Positions 9,531-18,815 of a DNA stretch of 64,000 nt are shown here, piece by piece. Source of the DNA: Candidatus Levyibacteriota bacterium (GTDB taxonomy: Bacteria; Patescibacteriota; Microgenomatia; Levybacterales; UBA12049); assembly GCA_016182235.1 (NCBI GenBank), contig JACOXT010000003.1, positions 258,209 through 322,208 on the forward strand, written 5' to 3'. The translations under genes and the position numbers were made by a program. The notes below the pieces were generated by a model, which saw only the letters and a list, made by a program, of their open reading frames with translations, did not search any database and was not told where the DNA came from. Position 1 is the stretch's first letter, and every line of letters begins with the position of its first letter.

Positions 9531-10268
9531 ATGAAAGGTATAATCTTAGCTGGAGGACTAGCAACACGTCTTCGTCCGTTGACTTTGGTAACAAATAAAC
9601 ATCTTCTTCCTATATACAATAAGCCCATGATTTATTATCCACTTGAAGCTATGAAAAAGTCGGGTATAAAAGAGGTTCTTTTAATTACTTCTCCCCATCA
9701 TGCCGGAGACTTTACAAACCTTTTAGGCAATGGTGAAGAATTTAATCTAAAACTTTATTATGCGATACAAAAAAACCCGACAGGAGGAATTGCGGATGGA
9801 TTGAAACTTGCCCGGGAGTTCGCGAAAAACGAAAAAATTTTGGTTATTCTTGGGGATAATATTTTTGATTTCAATCTGAAAAAAGCTATCGAAAAGTTTG
9901 ATAAAAGACAAAAAGGAGCAGTGGTGTTCGGTATAGATATGGATACAAAATCTAAACAATATGGAGTAATTGAGATTGGAAGAACCGGAAAAGTATCATC
10001 AATTGAAGAGAAACCGGATAATCCTAAGTCCAGAATTGCCCAGACGGGAATTTATATGTATGATGATAGAGCTTTCGATTTTATAGATAAGCTGAGGCCT
10101 TCCGGAAGAGGTCAGCTTGAGATAACTGATTTAAATAATTGTTATCTTAAAGAGGGAACGTTGGAATGCGAAACAATTGATTGGTGGATAGACGCTGGAA
10201 CTTCACATGACGAGTTACTAAGAGCAAATAATTTAGTTGCAGAGAAAGTAAAAAAAAGAAAGTTATAA
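9531..10268 (+). CDS. sugar-phosphate nucleotidyltransferase (short-form glucose-1-phosphate thymidylyltransferase-like)
   Basis: N-terminal MKGIILAGGLATRLRPLT signature; 245 aa; clustered with rfbB. Confidence 0.75.
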   Translation: MKGIILAGGLATRLRPLTLVTNKHLLPIYNKPMIYYPLEAMKKSGIKEVLLITSPHHAGDFTNLLGNGEEFNLKLYYAIQKNPTGGIADGLKLAREFAKNEKILVILGDNIFDFNLKKAIEKFDKRQKGAVVFGIDMDTKSKQYGVIEIGRTGKVSSIEEKPDNPKSRIAQTGIYMYDDRAFDFIDKLRPSGRGQLEITDLNNCYLKEGTLECETIDWWIDAGTSHDELLRANNLVAEKVKKRKL

Positions 10269-10299
10269 CTCAAAGCAAATAAATTTCTATGGCAAATGT

Positions 10300-10908
10300 A
10301 TGACCCAAAAACCCAAGACAGATAATGAATGTCTCGCGGAGCGAGATCCTGCTTCGCAGGAGAAAATCACTTCCCAGAAAACAGTATTTAAAACAAAGCT
10401 TTTTAATGTTGAGGAAATAGATTATTTAGATAAAAATAAATACAAGAAGATAGATTTTGTTGCCAAGCGTATATCAACAGTTACAGTATTACCGCTAACA
10501 GATGACAATGAAATTTTTTTAGTGCGTCAATATAGAAGAATGTTAAATAGGACTACGCTTGAGGCTGTTGCCGGATATATTGAAAAACGAGAAACCATAT
10601 TGGAAGCCGCAAAAAGAGAACTTAAAGAAGAGACAGGCATAATAGCAGTACAATGGGAGGAGATAGCAAGAGTAGAAATGGCAGCTAGTGCATTTAATGG
10701 GAAATTACACTTGTTTATGGCAACTGGTTTGGATTATGAAGAATCCACGCCTGATGAAGAAGAAGAGATATCAGTGATTAAAATACCCCTTTTGGATGCA
10801 GTAGAAAAAGTAATGGCTGGAGAGATTAATCATACAGACAGCATGATTGGAATATTAATGCTGTATAAGATAAGAGCTCCAAGAAAAACAAGACAATCAA
10901 AATCATGA
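10300..10908 (+). CDS. NUDIX hydrolase
   Basis: Nudix box GYIEKRETILEAAKRELKEETGI. Confidence 0.8.
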   Translation: MTQKPKTDNECLAERDPASQEKITSQKTVFKTKLFNVEEIDYLDKNKYKKIDFVAKRISTVTVLPLTDDNEIFLVRQYRRMLNRTTLEAVAGYIEKRETILEAAKRELKEETGIIAVQWEEIARVEMAASAFNGKLHLFMATGLDYEESTPDEEEEISVIKIPLLDAVEKVMAGEINHTDSMIGILMLYKIRAPRKTRQSKS

Positions 10909-10921
10909 AAGTTCTATAACT

Positions 10922-10951
10922 GGCGGTGCTGGAGTTTACCCAGCACCAGCC
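10922..10951 (+). terminator. hairpin terminator candidate after the NUDIX gene
   Basis: GGCGGTGCTGG-AGTTTAC-CCAGCACCAGCC, followed by TTTAGTATTT. Confidence 0.5.
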
Positions 10952-10991
10952 TTTAGTATTTGGCTTAAGGAAATAAAATTAATGTTAAAGC

Positions 10992-12023
10992 ATGGATAAA
11001 TCTAGAAAAAGAATACTTGTTACGGGTGGTGCTGGGTTTATAGGCAGCAATTTTATTCTTTATTGGTTGAAGAAGTATCCTAATGACAAGATTATAAATC
11101 TTGATAGTTTAACTTATGCCGGGAATTTGGAGAATTTAAGGTTAATTGAGAGAAACCTCAATTATTCATTTGTCAAGGGAAATATCTGTGATTTAGATAT
11201 TGTTGAAAAGTCAATGCAGGGTGTAGATACAGTTGTACATTTTGCTGCGGAGAGTCATGTGGATCGGTCAATAAAAAAGCCCTCAGATTTTATATTAACA
11301 AATGTTGTTGGTACGCAAATATTACTTGATGCGGCTTTAAGAAATGACGTTAAGAGATTCCACCACATTTCTACAGATGAGGTTTATGGGAGCCTTGAAT
11401 TACGCGATACGAATAAATTTAATGAACGAACAAATTATAATCCCAGAAGTCCATATTCAGCAAGCAAAGCAGGATCAGATCATTTAGTAAAGGCATATTA
11501 TGAAACTTATGGTTTGCCAATCACCATTAGCAATTGCTCCAACAACTTCGGACCATATCAATTTCCAGAAAAGATGATTCCTCTTGCGATAACAAATGTA
11601 ATCGAGGATAAAAAAGTTCCAGTTTACGGAGATGGTCTTTATGTCAGAGATTGGCTTTATGTAGAGGATCACTGTCGAGCGATAGATTTAATATTGCAAA
11701 AAGGAAAAGTTGGAGAGACTTATTGTATTGGCGGTTTAACAGATGACATTAACAACCTAACTGTGGCTCGTAAAATACTTAAAATTCTTGGTAAGGATGA
11801 AAACATGCTTGAATTTGTAAAAGATCGTCCAGGGCACGATAGGAAATATGCTATTGATTGGTCAAAGATAAAGAGTGAGCTTGGATGGGGCCCGTTACAT
11901 AGTTTCGACGAGTGGCTTGAGAAAACTGTTGAATGGTACAGAAATAATGAGAGATGGTGGAAGAGATTAAAGACTAAAGAATTCCAAAAATACTACGAAG
12001 AGCTGTACGGGGACTTGGATTAA
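10992..12023 (+). CDS. rfbB: dTDP-glucose 4,6-dehydratase
   Basis: GGAGFIGSNF Rossmann motif, the YSASK catalytic motif, and RmlB-like sequence over the full length. Confidence 0.85.
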   Translation: MDKSRKRILVTGGAGFIGSNFILYWLKKYPNDKIINLDSLTYAGNLENLRLIERNLNYSFVKGNICDLDIVEKSMQGVDTVVHFAAESHVDRSIKKPSDFILTNVVGTQILLDAALRNDVKRFHHISTDEVYGSLELRDTNKFNERTNYNPRSPYSASKAGSDHLVKAYYETYGLPITISNCSNNFGPYQFPEKMIPLAITNVIEDKKVPVYGDGLYVRDWLYVEDHCRAIDLILQKGKVGETYCIGGLTDDINNLTVARKILKILGKDENMLEFVKDRPGHDRKYAIDWSKIKSELGWGPLHSFDEWLEKTVEWYRNNERWWKRLKTKEFQKYYEELYGDLD

Positions 12024-12054
12024 GTAAGAGAATTTGTAAATTTTCTAAGTGCAA

Positions 12055-12606
12055 TTATTTATTAGGTTTATCCAGAGCATTCTGAGGACGAATAATTTCG
12101 TTAAGAAATCTAAAAGTTTTAGGGGTTCTTCTTTGAGTGATGGTTTGTGATTGAAACTTTGCTCTAGGGAAGAAATCGTAATGCCGTATCGTTAAAATCT
12201 CTACTCCTTCTTTTGTGGTAATGCTGTTTTGGGTACTTCTTCCTTCAAAGAAAAGTTGATCACTAATACTTTGGAATCCCTTATATCTACTTTTGCATAC
12301 GAAAATATAACCTGGTTCATAACCATACATTCCTGCATCATCTGTCAGATCAACGTTAATTTTTGGGCAGTAGATAATTCGTTGTAAAACCTCTGGTGTA
12401 AAAAATTTCCTAAGCTCTTCTTCAGATGGCTCATGCTCTCTGTTTAGCTCAGTGCGGATCTTGTCGTCGCTTGGATAGCCATTTGGTATTTTTAGAAAAG
12501 GTATATCATACTCTTCAATTTCAGGAAGAGGGGAATCAAGATCATTTTTAGGTTGGAATTTCTCTATATCTTTACCTTCGTCGCTGTTCATAAATGTTAT
12601 TAACAT
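12055..12606 (-). CDS. hypothetical protein (orphan; not recognised)
   Basis: 183-aa ORF convergent with rfbB. A TTGACT-N17-TATTAT promoter abuts the first ATG, so the second ATG (12591) may be the true start. Confidence 0.5.
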   Translation of the reverse strand: MLITFMNSDEGKDIEKFQPKNDLDSPLPEIEEYDIPFLKIPNGYPSDDKIRTELNREHEPSEEELRKFFTPEVLQRIIYCPKINVDLTDDAGMYGYEPGYIFVCKSRYKGFQSISDQLFFEGRSTQNSITTKEGVEILTIRHYDFFPRAKFQSQTITQRRTPKTFRFLNEIIRPQNALDKPNK

Positions 12607-12808
12607 AATATTAAATTAATTTTAAATAGTCAATGGTAAATTGTCGTACGACCCCCTGGGGTCGAGTCTCGATAAACATCCAAAACCAAGAGATGATTTA
12701 ATTTCCTTAATGACATGACAACTTTGAGGAAGGCGAAATTACTACAGCACTTGTAAAGGGAATTTTATAAATTGAAAAACTCATTATGTTTTCAGAATCC
12801 GACCGTTT

Positions 12809-12840
12809 AATAGTTCAATAGTTTAAACTATTGAACTATT
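12809..12840. promoter_or_regulatory. perfect 32-bp palindrome of four AATAGTT heptads (operator candidate 1)
   Basis: AATAGTTCAATAGTTTAAACTATTGAACTATT equals its own reverse complement. Related copies lie at 13863 and 14362. Confidence 0.6.
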
Positions 12841-12982
12841 GTTTATATCGTGCGGCGACCCCGCGGGTTGAGCCTAGTTTTTCACTATCACCGTACTACA
12901 GTGCGTGGTAGTTATACAGATAGAATTACCATTTAACTTATTGGTTGATATTATGTACATGTGTAACAGGGGTTTATGAAGC

Positions 12983-13405
12983 TTATTTATAGTTCTCAAG
13001 CATAACTACTGTGCCATCGGTTATCTTACCATGTGCTTTGGCATCGGCGCTAATTAGTTTGGCATACTCGTCTTTTGCTGTTGCTACAAACAGTGCATCA
13101 TACGCGGCAATATTATAGGCTTCCATAATTTCTATTGTTTGATCTAATATTGCTTGAGATGATTCTTTTATGACTAGAGGCAAAGAAAAAAGATCACTTA
13201 TGCTTTTCTTTATTGCTTCAGCCGGCATGTGCTTACCCTTTTTGAGGGTGTTGATAATCTCAATTATGATAAGACTTGGAACAATCAAAAGGATTACGTT
13301 ACCCAACATGTCTTTGTAAATTTCATGAGCAATCTCAACACTTGATTCATTTTCTTGATTAAACCATTTAAGAACTACAGAGGTATCTACGACGTAAGTT
13401 TCCAT
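12983..13405 (-). CDS. vapC: PIN-domain toxin VapC
   Basis: N-terminal VVDTSV, plus the conserved acidic residues (IIEI, AYDALF, SAD) of PIN nucleases. It sits 3 nt downstream of an AbrB-type antitoxin gene. Confidence 0.8.
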   Translation of the reverse strand: METYVVDTSVVLKWFNQENESSVEIAHEIYKDMLGNVILLIVPSLIIIEIINTLKKGKHMPAEAIKKSISDLFSLPLVIKESSQAILDQTIEIMEAYNIAAYDALFVATAKDEYAKLISADAKAHGKITDGTVVMLENYK

Positions 13406-13408
13406 AGT

Positions 13409-13705
13409 TTAGAAATGAGTATCTCTATCGTGGCGTAAGAATTTAGTCAAATTGACACCTTGCTTGCCTAACTTGCTAATCCGTTTCATATCTTCCCATA
13501 TTCTTTCGCCCTCTTCCTTCGTCAACTTTTTTTTGGGATGTTGAGGGTGGGAAATAGGCACACGTTCCACTCTAAACCCAGAGGGTGTAGTCTCAATTTT
13601 TACTGTTAATTCTTCATCATGCCAATTTAAAGCCTCCCTTATTTCATTAGGAACTGTTAACTGACCCCTTTCTCTTACTCTAGTAATTTTCTGTATGTAA
13701 TTCAT
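13409..13705 (-). CDS. vapB: SpoVT/AbrB-type antitoxin VapB
   Basis: RGQLTVPNEIREAL swapped-hairpin motif. I chose the ATG at 13705 because TTGACA-N17-TATTCT-N7 precedes it. The track start at 13741 is a TTG inside the -35 hexamer. Confidence 0.7.
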   Translation of the reverse strand: MNYIQKITRVRERGQLTVPNEIREALNWHDEELTVKIETTPSGFRVERVPISHPQHPKKKLTKEEGERIWEDMKRISKLGKQGVNLTKFLRHDRDTHF

Positions 13706-13712
13706 ATAAATC

Positions 13713-13741
13713 AGAATATCAGAATAATCGTATTGTGTCAA
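13713..13741 (-). promoter_or_regulatory. promoter of vapBC (TTGACA-N17-TATTCT), 7 nt before the ATG
   Basis: The hexamers were read on the minus strand. The geometry implies a leaderless or near-leaderless transcript. Confidence 0.45.
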
Positions 13742-13862
13742 TATGGCAAAGTATGTATAATTGTGTTAATGAAGATTTTGGGGACGGCGGAGCTACCACA
13801 ATATCTGTAAAAGGATTTTTGTAACTCAAAAAACTCACTTCATATTCAAAATCCAGTCGTAT

Positions 13863-13890
13863 AATAGTTCAATAGTTTAAACTATTGAAC
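13863..13890. promoter_or_regulatory. heptad palindrome copy 2 (24-bp perfect core GTTCAATAGTTTAAACTATTGAAC)
   Basis: AATAGTTCAATAGTTTAAACTATTGAAC. It lies 7 nt beyond the stop of the YerC/TrpR-like gene. Confidence 0.55.
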
Positions 13891-13897
13891 CAAAGCA

Positions 13898-14356
13898 TTA
13901 AAACTTTTCTCTAATAATTTTTCTTTTAACTAATTCTTTTCCTTTTTTGCTTTTATTTTCAAAAGCTATACTTCCAAAACGTTTTGGCGGAGATAATTTG
14001 ATTAATATTTCTTCTACCTTATCGACTAGCGCTTCTTTGTTTTGTGCTTTTAATATGCTATCGACGACTTTTCTATAGCCGCTTTTTCCGTTTTTTAGCC
14101 AAAAAGAAACGCGCATAATCGTTGCGCGAGAAACTTTTAGCGTATCGTCAATCTCATCGTAAGTTTTCCCCTTAGCTAATAACACTGCTATTGCCAGCCT
14201 TTTTATAAGCATAATTTTTTCTGTAGGGGAAAGCAGATCATCTATAAAGTTCTTAGCCTCACCAGGTGTTCTAATATCTACGATTGTTTTTAAAAAAACC
14301 TGAAAAATTCTGTTTTCTAATTCTTTATCAAGGAATCTTCTGGAGACTTTTGTCAT
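13898..14356 (-). CDS. YerC/YecD (TrpR-like) helix-turn-helix DNA-binding protein
   Basis: Pattern LLSPTEKIMLIKRLAIAVLLAKGKTYDEIDDTLKVSRATIMRV, typical of TrpR-like YerC proteins. The gene is bracketed by the heptad palindromes. Confidence 0.7.
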   Translation of the reverse strand: MTKVSRRFLDKELENRIFQVFLKTIVDIRTPGEAKNFIDDLLSPTEKIMLIKRLAIAVLLAKGKTYDEIDDTLKVSRATIMRVSFWLKNGKSGYRKVVDSILKAQNKEALVDKVEEILIKLSPPKRFGSIAFENKSKKGKELVKRKIIREKF

Positions 14357-14361
14357 GTTGT

Positions 14362-14393
14362 TATAGTTTAATAGTTTAAACTATTAAACTATA
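14362..14393. promoter_or_regulatory. perfect 32-bp heptad palindrome (operator candidate 3) overlapping the regulator's own promoter
   Basis: TATAGTTTAATAGTTTAAACTATTAAACTATA. On the minus strand, TTGACG (14401-14396) -N17- TAAACT (14378-14373) places the -10 at the palindrome centre. The palindrome ends 5 nt before the ATG. Confidence 0.6.
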
Positions 14394-14466
14394 TGCGTCA
14401 AGATCAAGATCTAGGATTAAGTTACAAAATTTAATAAAAGATTTCTATAGATGATATAATCATTGA

Positions 14467-15345
14467 ATGAAGATTTTGGGGATGGGGTTGAGGGGGCTTG
14501 TGGGATCAAGAATTGTTGAGCGACTTCAAGATAAGTATGAATTTGAATCTTCAGGCGTTGATATAACCAATAAAGACGCAAGTGCTCAAATAAAAGATTC
14601 TAATGCCGCTATAGTCCTTCATTTAGCCGCAAAGACAGATGTGGATGGGTGCGAAAAGGATAAGCCCTTAGGTAGTGAAGGAGAAGCTTGGAGGGTTAAT
14701 GTAGAAGGAACAAGAAATATTGCCGATGCGTGTAGAGAGACTAATAAAAAGTTAATCTATTTTTCAACTGATTTTGTATTTGATGGAACCAAGGACTTTT
14801 ATGTTGAAGATGATACTCCAAACCCGGTAAATTGGTATGCACGGACGAAATATGAAGGAGAAAAAATTGTTCAGAGTCTATCAACGTCTTGGTTAATAAT
14901 TAGAATTGCCTATCCTTATAGAGCAAATTTTAAAAAATTAGATTTCTTCAGAGCAATTCTGAAACGATTACAAAAGGGCGAAAAGGTAAATGCGGTTACC
15001 GATCATATTTTCACGCCAACTTTTATTGATGATATTGTAGTCGCCTTGGACAATTTAATTGAAAATAACTCAACTGGAATTTTTCATGTTGTTGGTAGCC
15101 AAGCTTTGACTCCATTTGAGGTTGCCTCTATTATTTGTAAAACTTTTGGTTACGATCAAAGTCTTATCGTAAGAACTACAAGGTCGGAATTTTTTAAGAA
15201 TAGAGCAACTAGGTCTTTTCAACTACACCTTAGAAATGATAAAATAGCAAGATTAGGTGTAAAAATGAAGACTTTTGAAGAGGGAATTAAGGAGATAAAA
15301 AGACAGATGGAAAATTCGGAATTCAAAATTACAAATACTAAATAA
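14467..15345 (+). CDS. dTDP-4-dehydrorhamnose reductase-like (RmlD family) NAD(P)-dependent reductase
   Basis: 292 aa with RmlD-like organisation (LHLAAKTDVDGCE, YARTKYEGE). TATAAT lies 6 nt upstream of the ATG. Confidence 0.65.
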   Translation: MKILGMGLRGLVGSRIVERLQDKYEFESSGVDITNKDASAQIKDSNAAIVLHLAAKTDVDGCEKDKPLGSEGEAWRVNVEGTRNIADACRETNKKLIYFSTDFVFDGTKDFYVEDDTPNPVNWYARTKYEGEKIVQSLSTSWLIIRIAYPYRANFKKLDFFRAILKRLQKGEKVNAVTDHIFTPTFIDDIVVALDNLIENNSTGIFHVVGSQALTPFEVASIICKTFGYDQSLIVRTTRSEFFKNRATRSFQLHLRNDKIARLGVKMKTFEEGIKEIKRQMENSEFKITNTK

Positions 15346-15359
15346 ATTCTAATCTTCAA

Positions 15360-15409
15360 AATATCAAATTCAAAACGTCTTGAATTTTGGAAATTGTTGA
15401 TTTGATATT
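15360..15409 (+). terminator. long AT-rich imperfect hairpin, terminator candidate
   Basis: AATATCAAAT...ATTTGATATT outer arms with an inner TTCAA/TTGAA pairing, 15 nt after the stop codon. Confidence 0.35.
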
Positions 15410-15449
15410 ATTTGGGATTTGGTGCTTAAGATTTAGCATTTAAATTGTT

Positions 15450-16742
15450 ATGGTTATTACTTTTGTCGGACATGGATACGTTGGGTTAGTTACTGCTTCG
15501 GTCTTTGCTGATTTAGGAAATACTGTTTGGGTTATCGGGCATACCCCAGAGAAGATAGAAAATCTTAAAAAGGGCATACTTCCTATTTATGAGCCAGGAC
15601 TTGAGGAAATTGTTAAAAGAAATGTTAAGGCAGAAAGACTTTTGTTTACTCTTTCTTATAAAGATGCAATTCCAGCTTCAGAAGCGATTTTCATAGCTGT
15701 TGGTACTCCACCCAAAAAAAATGGTGAAGCTGATTTGTCGGTTGTATACGATGTAGCAAAAAAAATAGGAGAAAATTTGCAAGACTATACGGTCGTAGCT
15801 ACAAAAAGCACAGTTCCAGTTGGAACCAATAAAAAAGTAAAGAAGATTATTGAAAGAGCTAAGCCTAAAGGGGTAAGGTTTAACATAGCGTCCATCCCAG
15901 AGTTTTTAAGGGAAGGACAGGCTATTTCTGATACACTCCACCCAGATAGAATTGTGATAGGAACTGATTCAAAAGAAGCAGAAAAAATACTAATTAGACT
16001 ACATAGTCCGATTGACGGCAGTTATGTTTTGACAGATATTGAGACAGCTGAAATGATTAAGTACGCTGCTAATTCTTTTCTGGCAACCAAAATCTCCTTT
16101 GCAAATGCTATTGCTCATCTATCTGAATTAACAGGTGCTGACGGATTGAGGGTTTTGGGGGCGATAGGGCTTGATAAAAGAGTTGGAAGTGAATTTTTGT
16201 TTGCCGGTGCGGGTTATGGAGGAAGCTGTTTTCCAAAAGATGTGAAAGCAATGATCGCGATTGCAAAAAAAGCGGGTTATAACTTTTCTCTCCTTAAAGA
16301 CGTAGAAGCAATTAACCGTGAGGCCATGTTTAGAATCGTTGAAAAATCAAAGAAGCTAGTGGGAGGAAATCTAAAGGATAAAACTATTGGAATACTTGGA
16401 TTATCTTTTAAGCCCAACACCGATGACATGAGAGATGCTCCTTCTATTGTTGTAGTCAATAAGCTATTGGAGGACAATGCGAAAATTAAAGCCTATGATC
16501 CAGTAGCAATGGATAACGCGAAAAATATTTTAAAGAAAGTTGAGTTTCATCCGGATTCCTACTCTGTCGCCAAAGATTGCGACATCTTAATTGTCATGAC
16601 GGAATGGAATGAATTTAGGCAACTTGATTTATTGAGAATAAAAAATTCTATGAAAAAACCAATTCTGCTAGATGGAAGAAATATTTATGAGCCTCAAACG
16701 TTGCGAGAAATGGGATTTATCTACCAGGGAGTTGGACGATGA
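15450..16742 (+). CDS. ugd: UDP-glucose 6-dehydrogenase
   Basis: N-terminal GHGYVGLV Rossmann motif and the catalytic GGSCFPKD motif; 430 aa. Confidence 0.9.
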   Translation: MVITFVGHGYVGLVTASVFADLGNTVWVIGHTPEKIENLKKGILPIYEPGLEEIVKRNVKAERLLFTLSYKDAIPASEAIFIAVGTPPKKNGEADLSVVYDVAKKIGENLQDYTVVATKSTVPVGTNKKVKKIIERAKPKGVRFNIASIPEFLREGQAISDTLHPDRIVIGTDSKEAEKILIRLHSPIDGSYVLTDIETAEMIKYAANSFLATKISFANAIAHLSELTGADGLRVLGAIGLDKRVGSEFLFAGAGYGGSCFPKDVKAMIAIAKKAGYNFSLLKDVEAINREAMFRIVEKSKKLVGGNLKDKTIGILGLSFKPNTDDMRDAPSIVVVNKLLEDNAKIKAYDPVAMDNAKNILKKVEFHPDSYSVAKDCDILIVMTEWNEFRQLDLLRIKNSMKKPILLDGRNIYEPQTLREMGFIYQGVGR

Positions 16743-16869
16743 CCCTCCTTCGTCCCCCTACGTTAAAGCTGCGAGGGGACTACGGAAGGATCATGCTTCC
16801 GAAGCTAAAGTTTTGGAGAAAATTAATTATGATTAAAAAAGATATTTTGGGAAAAAGGAGCGAAGGAGC

Positions 16870-17829
16870 ATGAATAAAGTTCTTATCACTGGAGTGACTG
16901 GATTTGCTGGAAGCTATCTCGCGGAATATTTAGCGAATTTAAAAGAGTATGAAGTTTTTGGAACTTATTTGTTGGAAGAAAGCAAAATAAACATAGATAA
17001 AGTAAGAGATAGAATAAAGTTGATAAAAATAGACTTATCTTCAGAGAACTCCGTTTTCGATCTCATCAAAAAAATTCGTCCCACTTTAATTTTTCATTTG
17101 GCTGCCTTGACTTCACCGGCTGATAGTTTTAAAAACCCAGTAAAAACTATGACGGATAATATAGCGCTTCAAATTAATATTCTGGAGGCAGTCAAAAAGT
17201 ATAATTTACTTAATACTAAAATTTTGATTGTGTCTTCAGCAGATGTTTATGGGTTGGTTAAAAAGAAAGATTTGCCAATGGATGAAGATACGAAATTAGC
17301 TCCAACAAGTCCTTATTCTGTATCCAAAGTAGCTCAGGATTTTTTGGGATTTACATATTATTTATCTTACAATCTTAAAATAGTTAGAGTCAGACCGTTT
17401 AACCATATTGGGCCAAGGCAATCTCCAAATTTTGTAGTGGCGTCATTTGCTAAACAAATTGCAGAGATAGAAAAAAGAAAAAGAAGTAATGTTTTGCGTG
17501 TTGGAAATCTTGAGGCAAAACGAGATTTTACAAATGTGAAAGATATAGTTCGTGCGTATGTATTAGCAATAGATAGAGGAGAAATTGGTGAAGTATATAA
17601 TATTGGGTCTGGTAGGTCTTACAAAATCTCAGATATCCTTGATAGATTGATATCAATGTCAACATCGAAAATAAAAATAGAAAAAGAAGATTCATTAATC
17701 AGACCGAGCGATAATCCGGAGCTATTATGCGACTGTCGCAAATTTGAACGGCTGACCAATTGGCGCCCCGAATTTTCAATTGATGAAACATTAAAAGACA
17801 CGCTAGACTATTGGAGGAATATAATTTAA
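16870..17829 (+). CDS. rmd: GDP-4-dehydro-6-deoxy-D-mannose reductase (Rmd-like SDR)
   Basis: [15 protein letters not shown], and [10 protein letters not shown]...[11 protein letters not shown]...RDFTNVKD...VYNIGSG, matching the pattern I recall for Rmd proteins. It is adjacent to gmd. Confidence 0.65.
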   Translation: MNKVLITGVTGFAGSYLAEYLANLKEYEVFGTYLLEESKINIDKVRDRIKLIKIDLSSENSVFDLIKKIRPTLIFHLAALTSPADSFKNPVKTMTDNIALQINILEAVKKYNLLNTKILIVSSADVYGLVKKKDLPMDEDTKLAPTSPYSVSKVAQDFLGFTYYLSYNLKIVRVRPFNHIGPRQSPNFVVASFAKQIAEIEKRKRSNVLRVGNLEAKRDFTNVKDIVRAYVLAIDRGEIGEVYNIGSGRSYKISDILDRLISMSTSKIKIEKEDSLIRPSDNPELLCDCRKFERLTNWRPEFSIDETLKDTLDYWRNII

Positions 17830-17840
17830 AATATTATTTT

Positions 17841-18812
17841 ATGAAAAGAGCCTTAATAACAGGTATTACAGGACAAGATGCATCGTATCTTGCAGAGTTT
17901 TTGCTAAATAAAGGATATAAAGTTTATGGGACTACAAGACGATCGAGTACCATCAATAATGAAAGAATAGAGCATTTACAGGATAAAATTACGATTATTC
18001 AGGGAGATTTGTTGGACCAAAGTTCATTGTCTTCAGCACTTTTAGAAGCAGAACCGGATGAGGTCTATAATTTGGCTGCGCAATCATTCGTTCAAACGTC
18101 ATGGAATCAGCCTGTTTTGACAGGAGAATTTACAGCCTTAGGCGTTACGAGACTTCTAGAGGCGATTAGAGTGGTAAATCCGAAAATAAAGTTTTATCAA
18201 GCATCTTCTTCAGAAATGTTTGGTAAGGTAACAGAGACACCTCAAAAAGAAACTACGCGTTTCCATCCAAGAAGCCCGTATGGTGTTGCAAAAGTTTATG
18301 CCCATTATATAACTGTTAATTATCGAGAAAGCTTTGGTATTTTTGCGTGCTGCGGCATTCTTTTTAACCACGAATCCCCAAGACGAGGAATAGAATTTGT
18401 TACAAGAAAGATTAGTCGCGGTGTTGCCCGCATAAGTTTAGGAAAGCAAAAAAAACTAGAATTAGGAGCCTTAGAGCCCAAACGAGATTGGGGATTTGCC
18501 GGAGATTATGTTGAGGCAATGTGGCTTATGCTTCAGCAGCCTGTAGCTTCAGATTTTGTGGTTGCAACAGGCGAAAATCATAGTGTAAGGGAATTTTTGA
18601 AACTTGCTTTTAAGACGGTCGGAATCGATGATTGGAACAGATATATAATATCGAATAATCCTTCACACATGAGACCCGCAGAAGTTGATTATTTGATTGG
18701 AGATGCAAGCCGCGCTCGTAAAATTTTGGGATGGAGGCCAAAAACGAGTTTCAAAGAACTCGTTGAGATGATGGTTAAGGCTGATCTAGAAATTGAGAAA
18801 AAAGAAAAATAA
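17841..18812 (+). CDS. gmd: GDP-mannose 4,6-dehydratase
   Basis: [22 protein letters not shown] start (internal ATG chosen), then SSEMFG, YGVAK and [10 protein letters not shown]. Confidence 0.9.
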   Translation: MKRALITGITGQDASYLAEFLLNKGYKVYGTTRRSSTINNERIEHLQDKITIIQGDLLDQSSLSSALLEAEPDEVYNLAAQSFVQTSWNQPVLTGEFTALGVTRLLEAIRVVNPKIKFYQASSSEMFGKVTETPQKETTRFHPRSPYGVAKVYAHYITVNYRESFGIFACCGILFNHESPRRGIEFVTRKISRGVARISLGKQKKLELGALEPKRDWGFAGDYVEAMWLMLQQPVASDFVVATGENHSVREFLKLAFKTVGIDDWNRYIISNNPSHMRPAEVDYLIGDASRARKILGWRPKTSFKELVEMMVKADLEIEKKEK

Positions 18813-18815
18813 TTT

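Noticed and set aside
16829-16873. 14-codon upstream ORF ([14 protein letters not shown]) overlapping the rmd start codon.
   Set aside because: The segment is more simply the Shine-Dalgarno-containing leader (AAAGGAG) of rmd. There is no evidence for attenuation structures tied to it.
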